A stretch of DNA of 64,000 nucleotides from IMG/VR virus record IMGVR_UViG_3300046029_000094, one strand, 5' to 3'. The notes below the pieces were generated by a model that saw only the letters and a list, made by a program, of their open reading frames with translations, was not told the DNA's origin and did no database searches. The translations under genes and the position numbers were made by a program. Every line of letters begins with the position of its first letter. Position 1 is the first letter of the stretch. The stretch is from a virus. Below are positions 49,201-58,943 of this stretch, one piece after another.

Positions 49201-51138
49201 TCAAATATAGGAAGGACCGACGCCGACAGGATTGTTATGGCTATCCAGCAAAGAGGTTGAAACTGTGTTTTGACCTCTTTGCTGGATTTTCATTTCAGGA
49301 ATTGCTTCCTGGCGCTTGGCCAGCCCTTGGCCGTTACGACTAAGCTGGATCGTCACGGCACGGCCGATTAATCCAGAAAGACCATGGTGCAGATAAGATG
49401 CACCACCACACTCCCGCCAGTGACGACGGGTGAAGGGTCTGGAACGTTTAACTCGTCCAGACAGCCTTTGCTCTGCATGAGCCTTTATCATTTCCTTGTT
49501 CAACTCTCTCCATTCCGACCACACATGCTTTGCAGGCTTGGCCTTAGCCACAGCGCCTTTTTCTTTCCTTGCAGGTAGAGCAAAGGTGACATGTTCGGAA
49601 TTGTTGAATGGAACAATCACTGTTCCATTCAACTGACGAGGTAATCCCTCGGAAAATCCCATTGCCCTGCGAGCAATGGAAACTGCGGCAGCTGTGTGGA
49701 CGCTCAAGCCATAACTACTAGCAAACTTCACACGACCGATCAAAGAGGTATAGGCGGGATTAACCCGCCTGTGTGCAACGCGGAAACGCGCACAGGCTGA
49801 AGCCAATGCTGCGTCAAAGCCGCTATAGGTCAGGGCTGACAACATACGGGCGTATTTAGCCCCATCCTCAGCTTTTAATTCCCGTTTCTTACGTGCAAAG
49901 TCGAGCTTTTCGCTGACGATTGGCACGCCATATTCCAACGCAATGTCGATGATCTGCTTGGCGCATTTGCGGATTAAATCCTGAGCCTGGTCACCACTCA
50001 AACCATATGTGTTAAGTGGCAATGTCCATGACTTAACTGGGTTTCCGAAACGGTCGATGAGCGAAACAGCGACATGATTGGCATTAAAATCAACGCCCAA
50101 TGCACCACAGCTATAATCAGGCTCAATCCATTCGAGCTTCTGATCAACGGTGACCGATACCTTCCATGATGTTTCATCCTTGATGAATGAAACAGTCACA
50201 GGCTGTTTGTTGCTCAGAGCTTCACGAACAACATCCGAACCGTGATTAAACGACAGACCATAAAAACGCACCAAATTGACATGGCCATTACGAATGGTTT
50301 CTTGAGCCAGATGTTTCAGCTTCTCCGGTAAACGCAGTTCAAGGTCAAACAGGCCATCGTCTCTGACAGATAATCTGGCAAATAAATTACCTCCCGCTTG
50401 TAAGGAGTCTCCCTCAAATTTAAATTGGCTGTTACGCGCGGCTCTCCATGCCTCAGACCATTCTTTATGATCTTTAAAATCATTTTCTTTGAGATAAAAC
50501 TGCTGTTTGAACAGCTTTTTTGTTCCGAAGCAGATCGATGGATTGGAAACTGCTTTTTCCGCTATTTTCAGTTTATCGCGCAAATTACCCAAACGCCGTT
50601 TATTCTGGTGCAGGGCAAATTCAAGATTTTTGCGAATTACCTTTAATTCACGCAACTGATCTAAATAAGCATAATATTCATTGATCGAACGTTTCAGATG
50701 TTTTTCTGAATCTGTATGCCCATCATTAACTGCCGCTTTAAAACGCAAAACACGTTCTTTCCAGATCGCGATCTCAGCCTGCAGTTTTTGCGTGTCGCGC
50801 TTGTTTTTAGCAACGGCCTTATTCTTCTTGCCAATTTCACCTTCTTTAGACTTGATCTTGTCCTTCAGGTCATTCACGCGAGATTTTGCCAGTTCTTTGA
50901 TGGAGCTAAGTTTAGCCATTAACTGGCGATATGCCATATTCAGATGAACGGAGCCGATTCCAAGATCACGATAGAGCTTTTTATGTAAATCACCAGTCCA
51001 GACGTGACCCGCTTTCAGCTTGGCATGAATAACTCTTTGGGTATGGTTCATAACCGAACTATATTGATCCAACACGTCTACGAGCGGAAGCAAATCATCC
51101 GCTCTTAAATCCAGACGTGTTTCAAATGTTCTGATCAA
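49201..51138 (-). CDS. tnpB: large TnpB-family RNA-guided RuvC nuclease (645 aa)
   Basis: RuvC-I LGVDFN, RuvC-II VSEKLDF, VNPAYTS, RuvC-III region SVHTAAAVSIARR; ORF runs past the inferred right end. Confidence 0.88.
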   Translation of the reverse strand: MIRTFETRLDLRADDLLPLVDVLDQYSSVMNHTQRVIHAKLKAGHVWTGDLHKKLYRDLGIGSVHLNMAYRQLMAKLSSIKELAKSRVNDLKDKIKSKEGEIGKKNKAVAKNKRDTQKLQAEIAIWKERVLRFKAAVNDGHTDSEKHLKRSINEYYAYLDQLRELKVIRKNLEFALHQNKRRLGNLRDKLKIAEKAVSNPSICFGTKKLFKQQFYLKENDFKDHKEWSEAWRAARNSQFKFEGDSLQAGGNLFARLSVRDDGLFDLELRLPEKLKHLAQETIRNGHVNLVRFYGLSFNHGSDVVREALSNKQPVTVSFIKDETSWKVSVTVDQKLEWIEPDYSCGALGVDFNANHVAVSLIDRFGNPVKSWTLPLNTYGLSGDQAQDLIRKCAKQIIDIALEYGVPIVSEKLDFARKKRELKAEDGAKYARMLSALTYSGFDAALASACARFRVAHRRVNPAYTSLIGRVKFASSYGLSVHTAAAVSIARRAMGFSEGLPRQLNGTVIVPFNNSEHVTFALPARKEKGAVAKAKPAKHVWSEWRELNKEMIKAHAEQRLSGRVKRSRPFTRRHWRECGGASYLHHGLSGLIGRAVTIQLSRNGQGLAKRQEAIPEMKIQQRGQNTVSTSLLDSHNNPVGVGPSYI

Positions 51139-51174
51139 ATATCAACCACAAGCCCAACTTAGGTATTAATTCTT
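49239..51174 (-). mobile_element. TnpB-only IS200/IS605-superfamily element (no tnpA)
   Basis: tnpB fills the element; subterminal 15-bp hairpin at 49243-49287; boundaries inferred from ORF restoration; 5' flank ends TCTGAT. Confidence 0.7.
49243..49287. other. right-end subterminal hairpin / probable 3' part of the omega RNA scaffold
   Basis: ATCCAGCAAAGAGGT / ACCTCTTTGCTGGAT perfect 15-bp stem, 15-nt loop, 4 bp from the inferred end. Confidence 0.65.
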
Positions 51175-51400
51175 ATCAGATTTAATTGAAACGTCAACCT
51201 CAGATGTCGGAGAGCGCTTGTTATTCGAGATTTCGGGCGTAACACGATACTGATGTCAGAGCATGCAAAGATAGTTGCCACCAATATCCAGGATGTATTC
51301 CTGCCTTCTATGAAGATGTGCTGACTAGCTGGATATTGTGGCTAGCAATATGCTCTGAGAGTCTGAAGGCATCAAAACATTTAAGCTCGGGTAATACTCA

Positions 51401-51889
51401 ATGTCGGACATCCAAATTGCTGAACAGAAAATCGCTGAAGCCATTATAGCGCTACGTGAGGAATACATCGCGACTGGACAAGCGCCCGATGTCATGACGA
51501 TCAACCACGGCCTCTGTGATGGCTTCGCTGATGACATTGCCGCGAAGCTACCAGAGATCGAAGGATTGCAGGCTGTCGACATTGCAGGCTTCATCGAAGT
51601 AGATCCAGATACCGGATGCACATTCGACAGCGGGGGGCCATTCGACCAGGAATTGATCGCCGAATACTGGCCCAACATCACACCGCCTGAAGGCCTAACA
51701 TGGGAAGACATAAACCAATTATCCGCAGATGCCGGATTTTCCTGCGGAACACACGTCTTCTTGACTTATGACGGCAAATTCTTCGACGCCGAGGCGGAGC
51801 ATGGCGTCGACACCCCGTTCGAGCTGCCGTTCTTCCAGAGAGTGATCTCGTCGTGGCAAGAGGAAAGATTGAATGCGCCGAGACCTTAG
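51401..51889 (+). CDS. hypothetical protein (...EERLNAPRP)
   Basis: 162 aa; INHGLC, HVFL.YDGKFFDAE motifs. Confidence 0.75.
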   Translation: MSDIQIAEQKIAEAIIALREEYIATGQAPDVMTINHGLCDGFADDIAAKLPEIEGLQAVDIAGFIEVDPDTGCTFDSGGPFDQELIAEYWPNITPPEGLTWEDINQLSADAGFSCGTHVFLTYDGKFFDAEAEHGVDTPFELPFFQRVISSWQEERLNAPRP

Positions 51890-51967
51890 TCAGCGACAAA
51901 GGCTAACTTATCTGACAAAAACATGGTTCCACCCTCCAAAATCCTCACCTAACATGAAGGCTTCATC

Positions 51968-52948
51968 TTACTCATTCATGTTGATACCCTCTCCATTAAG
52001 GGCCTTGTGAATATCGATCATATCAATGAGTGCTGCCTCATAACCGAATTTTTTGGCAAACCGCACAGACGGTGTAGCTCCTTTGAATTTACCCTTCTGA
52101 ACGAGCACGTCCTCAAAACCAGCATTGGGTCGCAATACAAAATTCCACCACTCGCCGTCTTGCAATGCCATGCCCCCATAAAGAACCTGCATGTTCGGAT
52201 CGTCGCGCTCGATTGCAACCTTTGTGTTGCATGTTGGCTTCGAGAATATAACAACCGCACGATCTCTGGTGGCTTGTTGCTCTACCAGTTTCTGCAATTC
52301 AACAATCTCGGCAGCCTCGACGGCCGGAGTGTGTTTGAACGAAGTCATGTAAATTGGATAGATGTGACCGTCTAGACTTCGCGTTTCACCGACCTGACGA
52401 AAGAGTAAGTGCTTTATACCTTCGACTGGGCGAACGAACCACCCGACCTCCCTTGCGAGGAAATCCAGCCATACACGAGGAATCCGTTTCATTGCTTCTA
52501 AGGATTTTGAAAAGCTAATGAGTTCCTGCGACATCAAATCATATTCAATGTTTTCAGCAATATCACCTGCGAGAAAAAGGTTTTCATTCATCCTTCGCAA
52601 AGATGGTTTTCTTTCACTACCTGTCGGCTCCAAGCAGAGGACAACCAAATGGCTAAGAGCGAAACCTTTCATGCCACAATCTTCCAGCACTTTCGCCTGC
52701 TCAAACCGTCGTTCGATCATGACATCAGCTTCAACCTGTTCATCAGGTGTCGAGCTGGCATTTCGAAGATCATTATATGCAGTTTCAAGCTGCTTCCACG
52801 AACGAAAACCAAACATCCTGGATGTCATCTCAGAGGCAAGTTCGTCAGACATTCCGAATTCGTTCAACAGAGCCGTTTTAACCTGCAGTGGTCTTTTACG
52901 ATCTGCATGAATGAATTTGTGAGACAGCATTGCCTTGTCTTCGCTCAT
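51968..52948 (-). CDS. hypothetical protein
   Basis: Start chosen at MSEDK after GGAGG. Confidence 0.7.
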   Translation of the reverse strand: MSEDKAMLSHKFIHADRKRPLQVKTALLNEFGMSDELASEMTSRMFGFRSWKQLETAYNDLRNASSTPDEQVEADVMIERRFEQAKVLEDCGMKGFALSHLVVLCLEPTGSERKPSLRRMNENLFLAGDIAENIEYDLMSQELISFSKSLEAMKRIPRVWLDFLAREVGWFVRPVEGIKHLLFRQVGETRSLDGHIYPIYMTSFKHTPAVEAAEIVELQKLVEQQATRDRAVVIFSKPTCNTKVAIERDDPNMQVLYGGMALQDGEWWNFVLRPNAGFEDVLVQKGKFKGATPSVRFAKKFGYEAALIDMIDIHKALNGEGINMNE

Positions 52949-52998
52949 AACGCCTCCAGATTCGTATAATGCCATATATATCCGTTCCCCAGAAAAAA

Positions 52999-53244
52999 TT
53001 ACAGGGAATTTGGCCTCGCACAATAGACCTTGCGACCATAGTGTTCTCCAACCACCTGCCACTCGAAGTCCTTTGATGTCTTCTGCGCAGCGGTTGGGCA
53101 ACAATAATATTCATTTCCACAGGTATAAACGCGTGGTGAGACGTATGTACTCGGGTGATATACGCCATCCTTAACATCATTGATGTCCCAACCCAGATGA
53201 AAACCGATAATTTCAGCCGCCTGCTTTCGAGTTTGCTTCGACAA
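52999..53244 (-). CDS. small hypothetical protein
   Basis: AAGGAG RBS, 81 aa. Confidence 0.6.
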   Translation of the reverse strand: MSKQTRKQAAEIIGFHLGWDINDVKDGVYHPSTYVSPRVYTCGNEYYCCPTAAQKTSKDFEWQVVGEHYGRKVYCARPNSL

Positions 53245-53472
53245 TTGCTTTCTCCTTTTGATAAATAAGGAAATAGCTAGACTTTATACTCCCGTCAACA
53301 GGGGCAGGGGATTGCTATAAACGTCAATGAAAGCAGATAATATTCCATGGGGAATTAGATAAATCATCCATGGGATATTCAAACCAAGCTAAATGATATC
53401 CAAACCGCCTGAATCGAGACCAATCCGACCATGCAAAAATATTTTCAATTTCAGCATATTTTTTTATCGAGG

Positions 53473-55161
53473 TCACATTCCCATCGACATTGAGCGCTCT
53501 TCGTACACCTCTGGCTTGCAAACAAACACAGCCTTCAGACTGTCAATAAACGACTCGTCCTTTAGCCATGCCGGACGGTAGTCGAATGCTTTCATCTGCT
53601 CTTCGACAGCCTCATAGAATGCCATAGGGACATGTTGTAGATTTGCTTTGTCTGCTCGAACCGCATCAAGACATATCTCCAAACTAAGCTGTTCTTCGCG
53701 AAAGTACGAAAGGAATTTTCCGTCAGCTTCAACGACTTTCCCAATGAGATCAGGTGGCAGATCGCGATTCCCAATAATCATAAGCGAAACGACGGTTGAA
53801 TCTTTCTCGATGGCGGCTCTGACAACATCATCTGTTTTAGCAGACTCTCTAAGCCAATGAATCGCTCTCGGATAGGTTTGCATAGCCAGTTCCACGAGTT
53901 CCTGACTTCTCATATGGTCTGGAACCTCACCAATGGCCTGACCATTGGCGGTGACTGCCACCCTATAATATTCGCGATCTTTCCATTTTGGCGAGACGGT
54001 ATAATTTAGTTCTCGGAAAAACCTGGCCGTAGAAGCCGCCTTCAACGTCATTTCACGGGTCACAAAACGATCTGGAACATATTGGAGGGCATTCCCATTT
54101 TCCTCAATCGCGGCATTCACGATCTCTCTGGTCATGAATTCTTCAAAGAACAACTTCACGCCTTCCAAAGCATTCCCGTCTCTTCGCACGGTATCTAAAA
54201 ACAAGTCACGGGATGCTAGATGAACAGGTAACTCGTTCATCGCCTGCGTGTTTGTCGCGAGAGCTTTCAAATACATGTCGTCGGTCTTAAATTTTTCTGG
54301 GACGAACGAGATGCCACGACCATTTGTAGCCATAGCAAGATCCACCATCTCTTGTGTGATCATCTTATTCTGGACATGCATCAGATTAGCCTTCGGAGAC
54401 CGAAGGTAATCAAATATCATTTCGTCATCGACAATTACCTCAGGCGTGGTTTCAAACACGTTAGGGTGCTGTTTTATTGCCCAATGATAAAGCGGTTTCA
54501 AGCGATCCTGATTAGCAATAATCCATTCAATTGATACAGGCTCATCGTTCTCATTCATGAATTGAAATTCTTCATCATCCGCATGGAACTGAACCTTATT
54601 GCCATCGTTCATAACAATTACAATCAGAGCGCCTGTTTTGTGGTAATGTTCGAACATGTTATTTTCTTCGGCAGCAGTACACCATTGCGTTCCTCTGCCC
54701 CACCATTTGGCAGCTTCCTTGGTTAGAGGGATAGCAACAGTCCAATCATTGGTTTCCGCGAGGATGAGACTATCTTCGTAAGCCTTGGCGCGCTCCTGGC
54801 GCTTCTTTGCCTTTCCTGACAGGCTCTCATCGGCCTCTGGCTGGTCGACAAACGGCTTTACAGCCTTCCAAACGTCTGAGAGCATCTTATGATGATTGAT
54901 GTCGCGTTCGGCCTCTGGCAGGCGCTGGTTGAACTGCATGAAATGCTCCAGCGTGCTGCGCGCCCTCGAAAGATCCTCGAACCTATATCCTCCCCTCATA
55001 TAAGTTGAGATCAGCCACTGAGTAAATCTCTTGTTTCGTGTGGGGTCATAAACTGCGAAATGTTCGACCGCTCCGACCTCGCTAAAAGTTAAGCCCTGAT
55101 CAGAGAGTTTACTGCGGAGAGAACCACCATATTTCGAAACCAACCATTCTTTACGATTCAT
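53473..55161 (-). CDS. DUF4116 repeat protein with N-terminal PcfJ-like region
   Basis: AKWWGRGTQWCTAA region; repeated A...NG.AL.YVP..F.T.E units; ends ...YEERSMSMGM. Confidence 0.8.
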   Translation of the reverse strand: MNRKEWLVSKYGGSLRSKLSDQGLTFSEVGAVEHFAVYDPTRNKRFTQWLISTYMRGGYRFEDLSRARSTLEHFMQFNQRLPEAERDINHHKMLSDVWKAVKPFVDQPEADESLSGKAKKRQERAKAYEDSLILAETNDWTVAIPLTKEAAKWWGRGTQWCTAAEENNMFEHYHKTGALIVIVMNDGNKVQFHADDEEFQFMNENDEPVSIEWIIANQDRLKPLYHWAIKQHPNVFETTPEVIVDDEMIFDYLRSPKANLMHVQNKMITQEMVDLAMATNGRGISFVPEKFKTDDMYLKALATNTQAMNELPVHLASRDLFLDTVRRDGNALEGVKLFFEEFMTREIVNAAIEENGNALQYVPDRFVTREMTLKAASTARFFRELNYTVSPKWKDREYYRVAVTANGQAIGEVPDHMRSQELVELAMQTYPRAIHWLRESAKTDDVVRAAIEKDSTVVSLMIIGNRDLPPDLIGKVVEADGKFLSYFREEQLSLEICLDAVRADKANLQHVPMAFYEAVEEQMKAFDYRPAWLKDESFIDSLKAVFVCKPEVYEERSMSMGM

Positions 55162-55233
55162 TAGAACACTTCAAATTCTTAAATATTAGCTTGATCATCC
55201 GACAACGACCCGCATTTCACAATCCAGGCATGC

Positions 55234-56001
55234 TCATCGCACAAACATTTTAGGAGCTTCGTTCACCTCAACAATTAAAGGGTTTTTGAGGCTTCCGCAG
55301 CTAAATCCTTTTTCACTCATTGCTTTTACAACGCCATTCCAATCATCGTAGGCGAAGACGTGTTTAGGTTTAGCCTCAAGCGCCATCCGAGAATTAGACG
55401 GTACCAACTCGAAATCTGAACCATTTGAAGCGTGTTTAGCGAGTACGAGAACAGGTTCGCTGACCTCATACCAGATTTGTCCAGTCTCTTCATATATTGC
55501 GATATTAAGGTCACTCCAAAGCTTCGCAGCAGACTTTTTTGAGATTTCGTAGTCGATGCAGTCTCGCTTATCCGGCTTCTGGAAAGTGTCGTTTGGCCGA
55601 TGCTGTTCAAGCATCCCAATCATAATTTCCGAATTGCGCGCGTTTGTAATGTTGGGGCATGGCGTCAGAGAAACTGTGCCCCACAGATTATCAGTCTCGA
55701 CCGCAGGAACATATCCGTGTGCTGCCAGATGGATAAGGTTGTCGATTGTAAAGGCTTCAGTCTGCCCATAACGGCCGAAGCCCAATGGCCTGCGCCAGGT
55801 GTCGTCATCCTTGCGATAGGTTATCGAACGCGTGCCAACCTTATCAATTTTCACGGTAAGAGCAGGTGGTTCCGGAAGGACAGAAATTTCGAGTTCGATC
55901 TGGTCTATGAGCCTCGGTTCCAAACTGGCTGGCATCATATAGCGAGCTTCGCTTGTAAGCTTGGGAGTGAATGCGAATGGAACCGTTAATTTCATGACCA
56001 T
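55234..56001 (-). CDS. hypothetical protein
   Basis: 255 aa, GGAGG RBS. Confidence 0.7.
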   Translation of the reverse strand: MVMKLTVPFAFTPKLTSEARYMMPASLEPRLIDQIELEISVLPEPPALTVKIDKVGTRSITYRKDDDTWRRPLGFGRYGQTEAFTIDNLIHLAAHGYVPAVETDNLWGTVSLTPCPNITNARNSEIMIGMLEQHRPNDTFQKPDKRDCIDYEISKKSAAKLWSDLNIAIYEETGQIWYEVSEPVLVLAKHASNGSDFELVPSNSRMALEAKPKHVFAYDDWNGVVKAMSEKGFSCGSLKNPLIVEVNEAPKMFVR

Positions 56002-56062
56002 GTCCTCCGATTGAGAATTTCATGCTCATATTAATTTCCGAAACCAACAAACAGAAAATCGC

Positions 56063-56791
56063 TCAATCGTTGTTGGCCGCAAAAATATCAACAGCAGACT
56101 GATTGTTTTTGATACGGGTTCGGATATCCGCGATTATTTCTTCAAGGCCGACGATATTTGGATCGTCAATCGCGTGTAAACCGATCTTATTCCCAGCAAT
56201 AATCAGCACTTTTTTATCTGGGTGTTCAACAACATCCATATTGACCAATTCTTTGTAAGGTTCGTAATTCACAACGAATTCTGGCACTGATATTTTTAGC
56301 GAACTGGACTTCGAAAAAGAAGAATAGATAAACTTATCGCCAATACCGATCATACGCACCGCGTAGTCACGAATATTCCACGCTTCTTTTAATGGATATC
56401 CATTTCTCTTAAAAAATTTAAATTGCATTCGGATTTCCATGACAATGATGGTGACAAATGAAAGCACCATAACAGCAAAGAAAAATTGTGCTGTATGTCG
56501 AACAGGCGGGTTAGTTTCATACAGGGTTGCTGCGATAAACGCCGCGCTCATGATCACCGTGAAAACACCATCAATCATGTACTTACGCAATAGCAACAAA
56601 AAATATTCCTTGCTGCTAACAGATGACCATTTTATGAAATTAGAAAGCCCTATTTCGTCGGATGGAATATAGCCATGAATGGTATCACCAAGCTTGTCAG
56701 CCACCTCTTCGATCTCAACCTCTGCTTCAGCACAACACCTATCGATGTAATCTTGAAGCTTATCAGAACTTGCGATGGCCATTTTAAGCAC
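56063..56791 (-). CDS. two-TM membrane protein, paralogue 3 of a tandem trio
   Basis: Two TM segments then KRNGY...MIGIGDKFIY. Confidence 0.7.
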   Translation of the reverse strand: MLKMAIASSDKLQDYIDRCCAEAEVEIEEVADKLGDTIHGYIPSDEIGLSNFIKWSSVSSKEYFLLLLRKYMIDGVFTVIMSAAFIAATLYETNPPVRHTAQFFFAVMVLSFVTIIVMEIRMQFKFFKRNGYPLKEAWNIRDYAVRMIGIGDKFIYSSFSKSSSLKISVPEFVVNYEPYKELVNMDVVEHPDKKVLIIAGNKIGLHAIDDPNIVGLEEIIADIRTRIKNNQSAVDIFAANND

Positions 56792-56868
56792 CTTCTAAAA
56801 TTTGGATTTTCAATATGTTCAGGCTAAAAGCGCCATGCTACAGCCAAGCCGACTAATTCTCATAGGCC

Positions 56869-57636
56869 TTATTGTACATCGTTCCGCCGACGCTTCAACT
56901 CCGACACGACATCAACATTTTCATCCGCAACATAATTTCTGATCCTCAAGCCAACACGGCCAAAGCGATCCAGGACAGCAACTTCATTTTCGATATCACC
57001 AAAAGATTGCCCTGAGTTTTTAACGGTATAAGCAACACTTTCGATTTCCCCGATAGCATCATATTCGATTATGCGAATTTTCGGGCCACCTACACGACTA
57101 TTTTCCGCATAATACAGACTATTACGACCAACTCCGATAACGGTATTCGCTGCAAAAACAAGCTCTGGCACAAAATCCAAACTATATCCTCTGCGGCAGT
57201 AGGAAATCAGATTGCCGCCACCTGCGTCATATAAACCCCACGCTACGACAGAAAAAACAAGAGCCGATCCGATGATGGGAACAAACCCCAAAAGCACATG
57301 AAACACTCCATTCTGGCCAACTCCATTAATGAAACCAACCGCAAAATGAGCAATCATCGCAATCGATACAGACATCATCAACAGCGCGATTAACGTTGGG
57401 ATCCAAATTAATCCAAACGTCTCCTTCGTTCTGCTAAAGATAGCTTCCCATGCTGACATCACATGGGTTTTCATAATGTTATTGAATTCAACATCACTAT
57501 GATAAATGGAGAATTCAATAATATCACCGTTTTCGAACGCCTTTTTACGAATTGCAGCTTTTGTCTCATCAGCCGCATTTACAGCAGACTGCTTTGCAAT
57601 TGAAAGATTATCTTCGGCAATCAAAAGAGCGGTCAT
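56869..57636 (-). CDS. two-TM membrane protein, paralogue 2 of a tandem trio
   Basis: Two TM segments then RRGY...VIGVGRNSLY. Confidence 0.7.
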   Translation of the reverse strand: MTALLIAEDNLSIAKQSAVNAADETKAAIRKKAFENGDIIEFSIYHSDVEFNNIMKTHVMSAWEAIFSRTKETFGLIWIPTLIALLMMSVSIAMIAHFAVGFINGVGQNGVFHVLLGFVPIIGSALVFSVVAWGLYDAGGGNLISYCRRGYSLDFVPELVFAANTVIGVGRNSLYYAENSRVGGPKIRIIEYDAIGEIESVAYTVKNSGQSFGDIENEVAVLDRFGRVGLRIRNYVADENVDVVSELKRRRNDVQ

Positions 57637-57706
57637 TTAAATTCTCCATTTATTTACTGCTATATAATCTGGACAATGTATTTAGTCCATTATTAATTTA
57701 ATAAAT

Positions 57707-58435
57707 TCATTTCGTTACTTCTAAATGCCTATTCAAGATGTCTGAAGGCACGTCCCCCTTATATTCGCTTTCGTAATTGAATACCGTCTCAATAACCTGT
57801 CCGCCACGCGATACAATATTCAATGTACCATTCTTTTCACGCACATGCTGAACCTGGTCGTATCCGATTTTGTTTACGGTCATATCACCGCTCATTGGAG
57901 CCGCAAAAACGTACAAACTATCCCGACCGACGCCGATCATATTCTGACTGTAACGACGCGCAGTCGGCAAAAAATCATTCTTGAAACCAAATCTTTTGAT
58001 GTGACTGATTTTCTGGCGGTCATCTTTCGCCGCGCGCCAGCCAAAACCGATACCGATGGAAGCAACTGCGTTAACGATGACAGCAGCCAAAGGAGGGATA
58101 GTTTCACCTGTTTTACCGGGAACATAAACAGCCGCCCACGGCACCAAAAATCCGCAAGCAAAGATCATGCTTAGAGCGACACCCATAATCATGAAAACAT
58201 GTGGTTTCTTCCAGAATTCCTTCCAGAGTGTTGTAACGCTTCGGGTCTGCAGTTGTCTATATGACACGTCGCCCATATAGACAACGTACTCGATGTCATC
58301 TCCAAAGCGCTCCGCCTCTTTGCGAAGGGCAATTGCTGCCTCGTTTCGGCCCTGACGGACCACATTAGTGGCCGCCTCTGCAGGGGAGAGGGCGACTGCG
58401 CCCGTATTGCTATCGTAGATCACACATGCGTTCAT
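57707..58435 (-). CDS. two-TM membrane protein, paralogue 1 of a tandem trio
   Basis: Two TM segments then KRFGF...MIGVGRDSLY; start chosen at MNACV. Confidence 0.7.
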   Translation of the reverse strand: MNACVIYDSNTGAVALSPAEAATNVVRQGRNEAAIALRKEAERFGDDIEYVVYMGDVSYRQLQTRSVTTLWKEFWKKPHVFMIMGVALSMIFACGFLVPWAAVYVPGKTGETIPPLAAVIVNAVASIGIGFGWRAAKDDRQKISHIKRFGFKNDFLPTARRYSQNMIGVGRDSLYVFAAPMSGDMTVNKIGYDQVQHVREKNGTLNIVSRGGQVIETVFNYESEYKGDVPSDILNRHLEVTK

Positions 58436-58498
58436 TTTCTCACACCTTTCTTGTCTAGCGGTATAGAAGTGGTCACGCCACCAGCTCATTTCACTGAA

Positions 58499-58942
58499 TT
58501 ATTCGTCCTTAAGAAGAACCCACGTGCGACCCTTTTTGTCGACAAACCTGTCGATGGAGTTCATAAACTCTGCATCCAGTTCCAACACGTGACGAAGGAA
58601 CGCCCGTGTCGCCGAGACGATTTCTGGGATAATTACCTTTTCGGCAATGTTATGAGGATCGAAGAAGACGTAGCCGCGACCTGATTGATGGAGGACGCCT
58701 GACACTCTGCGCTCGGGCTGCCAGCTATAGTTTCCATCTTCGATGTCGATACTAAGATCGATATCTCCACCGATTACAGCCTTATATTTCCGTCTAAACG
58801 TTGGCGCATCCTCTGGTTTAGCAATAATGCTAACTTCTCGATACAGCGCAGCACCTTCGACAGCGACATCTTCATTGACACCAGCAGGCTCTTCCTTTTT
58901 GCCGAAATATTTATTCCATAGACTCGAAATCATGCCGCTCAC
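58499..58942 (-). CDS. hypothetical protein
   Basis: Immediately downstream of deoD. Confidence 0.65.
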   Translation of the reverse strand: MSGMISSLWNKYFGKKEEPAGVNEDVAVEGAALYREVSIIAKPEDAPTFRRKYKAVIGGDIDLSIDIEDGNYSWQPERRVSGVLHQSGRGYVFFDPHNIAEKVIIPEIVSATRAFLRHVLELDAEFMNSIDRFVDKKGRTWVLLKDE

Positions 58943-58943
58943 C

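Larger units (their letters stand above)
48658..51253 (+). pseudogene. kinase-like gene interrupted by the TnpB element
   Basis: IGSGIQG, VFKIT, DLVFSNIG; joining 48658-49238 to 51175-51253 gives a 219-aa ORF reading RIVISDL across the junction. Confidence 0.6.

Noticed and set aside
45284..51138. TnpB as the Cas12-like effector of the mini array
   Set aside because: It lies 3.7 kb away with five unrelated genes between, sits within its own IS-like ends, and the repeats have a Cas6f-type I-F structure.
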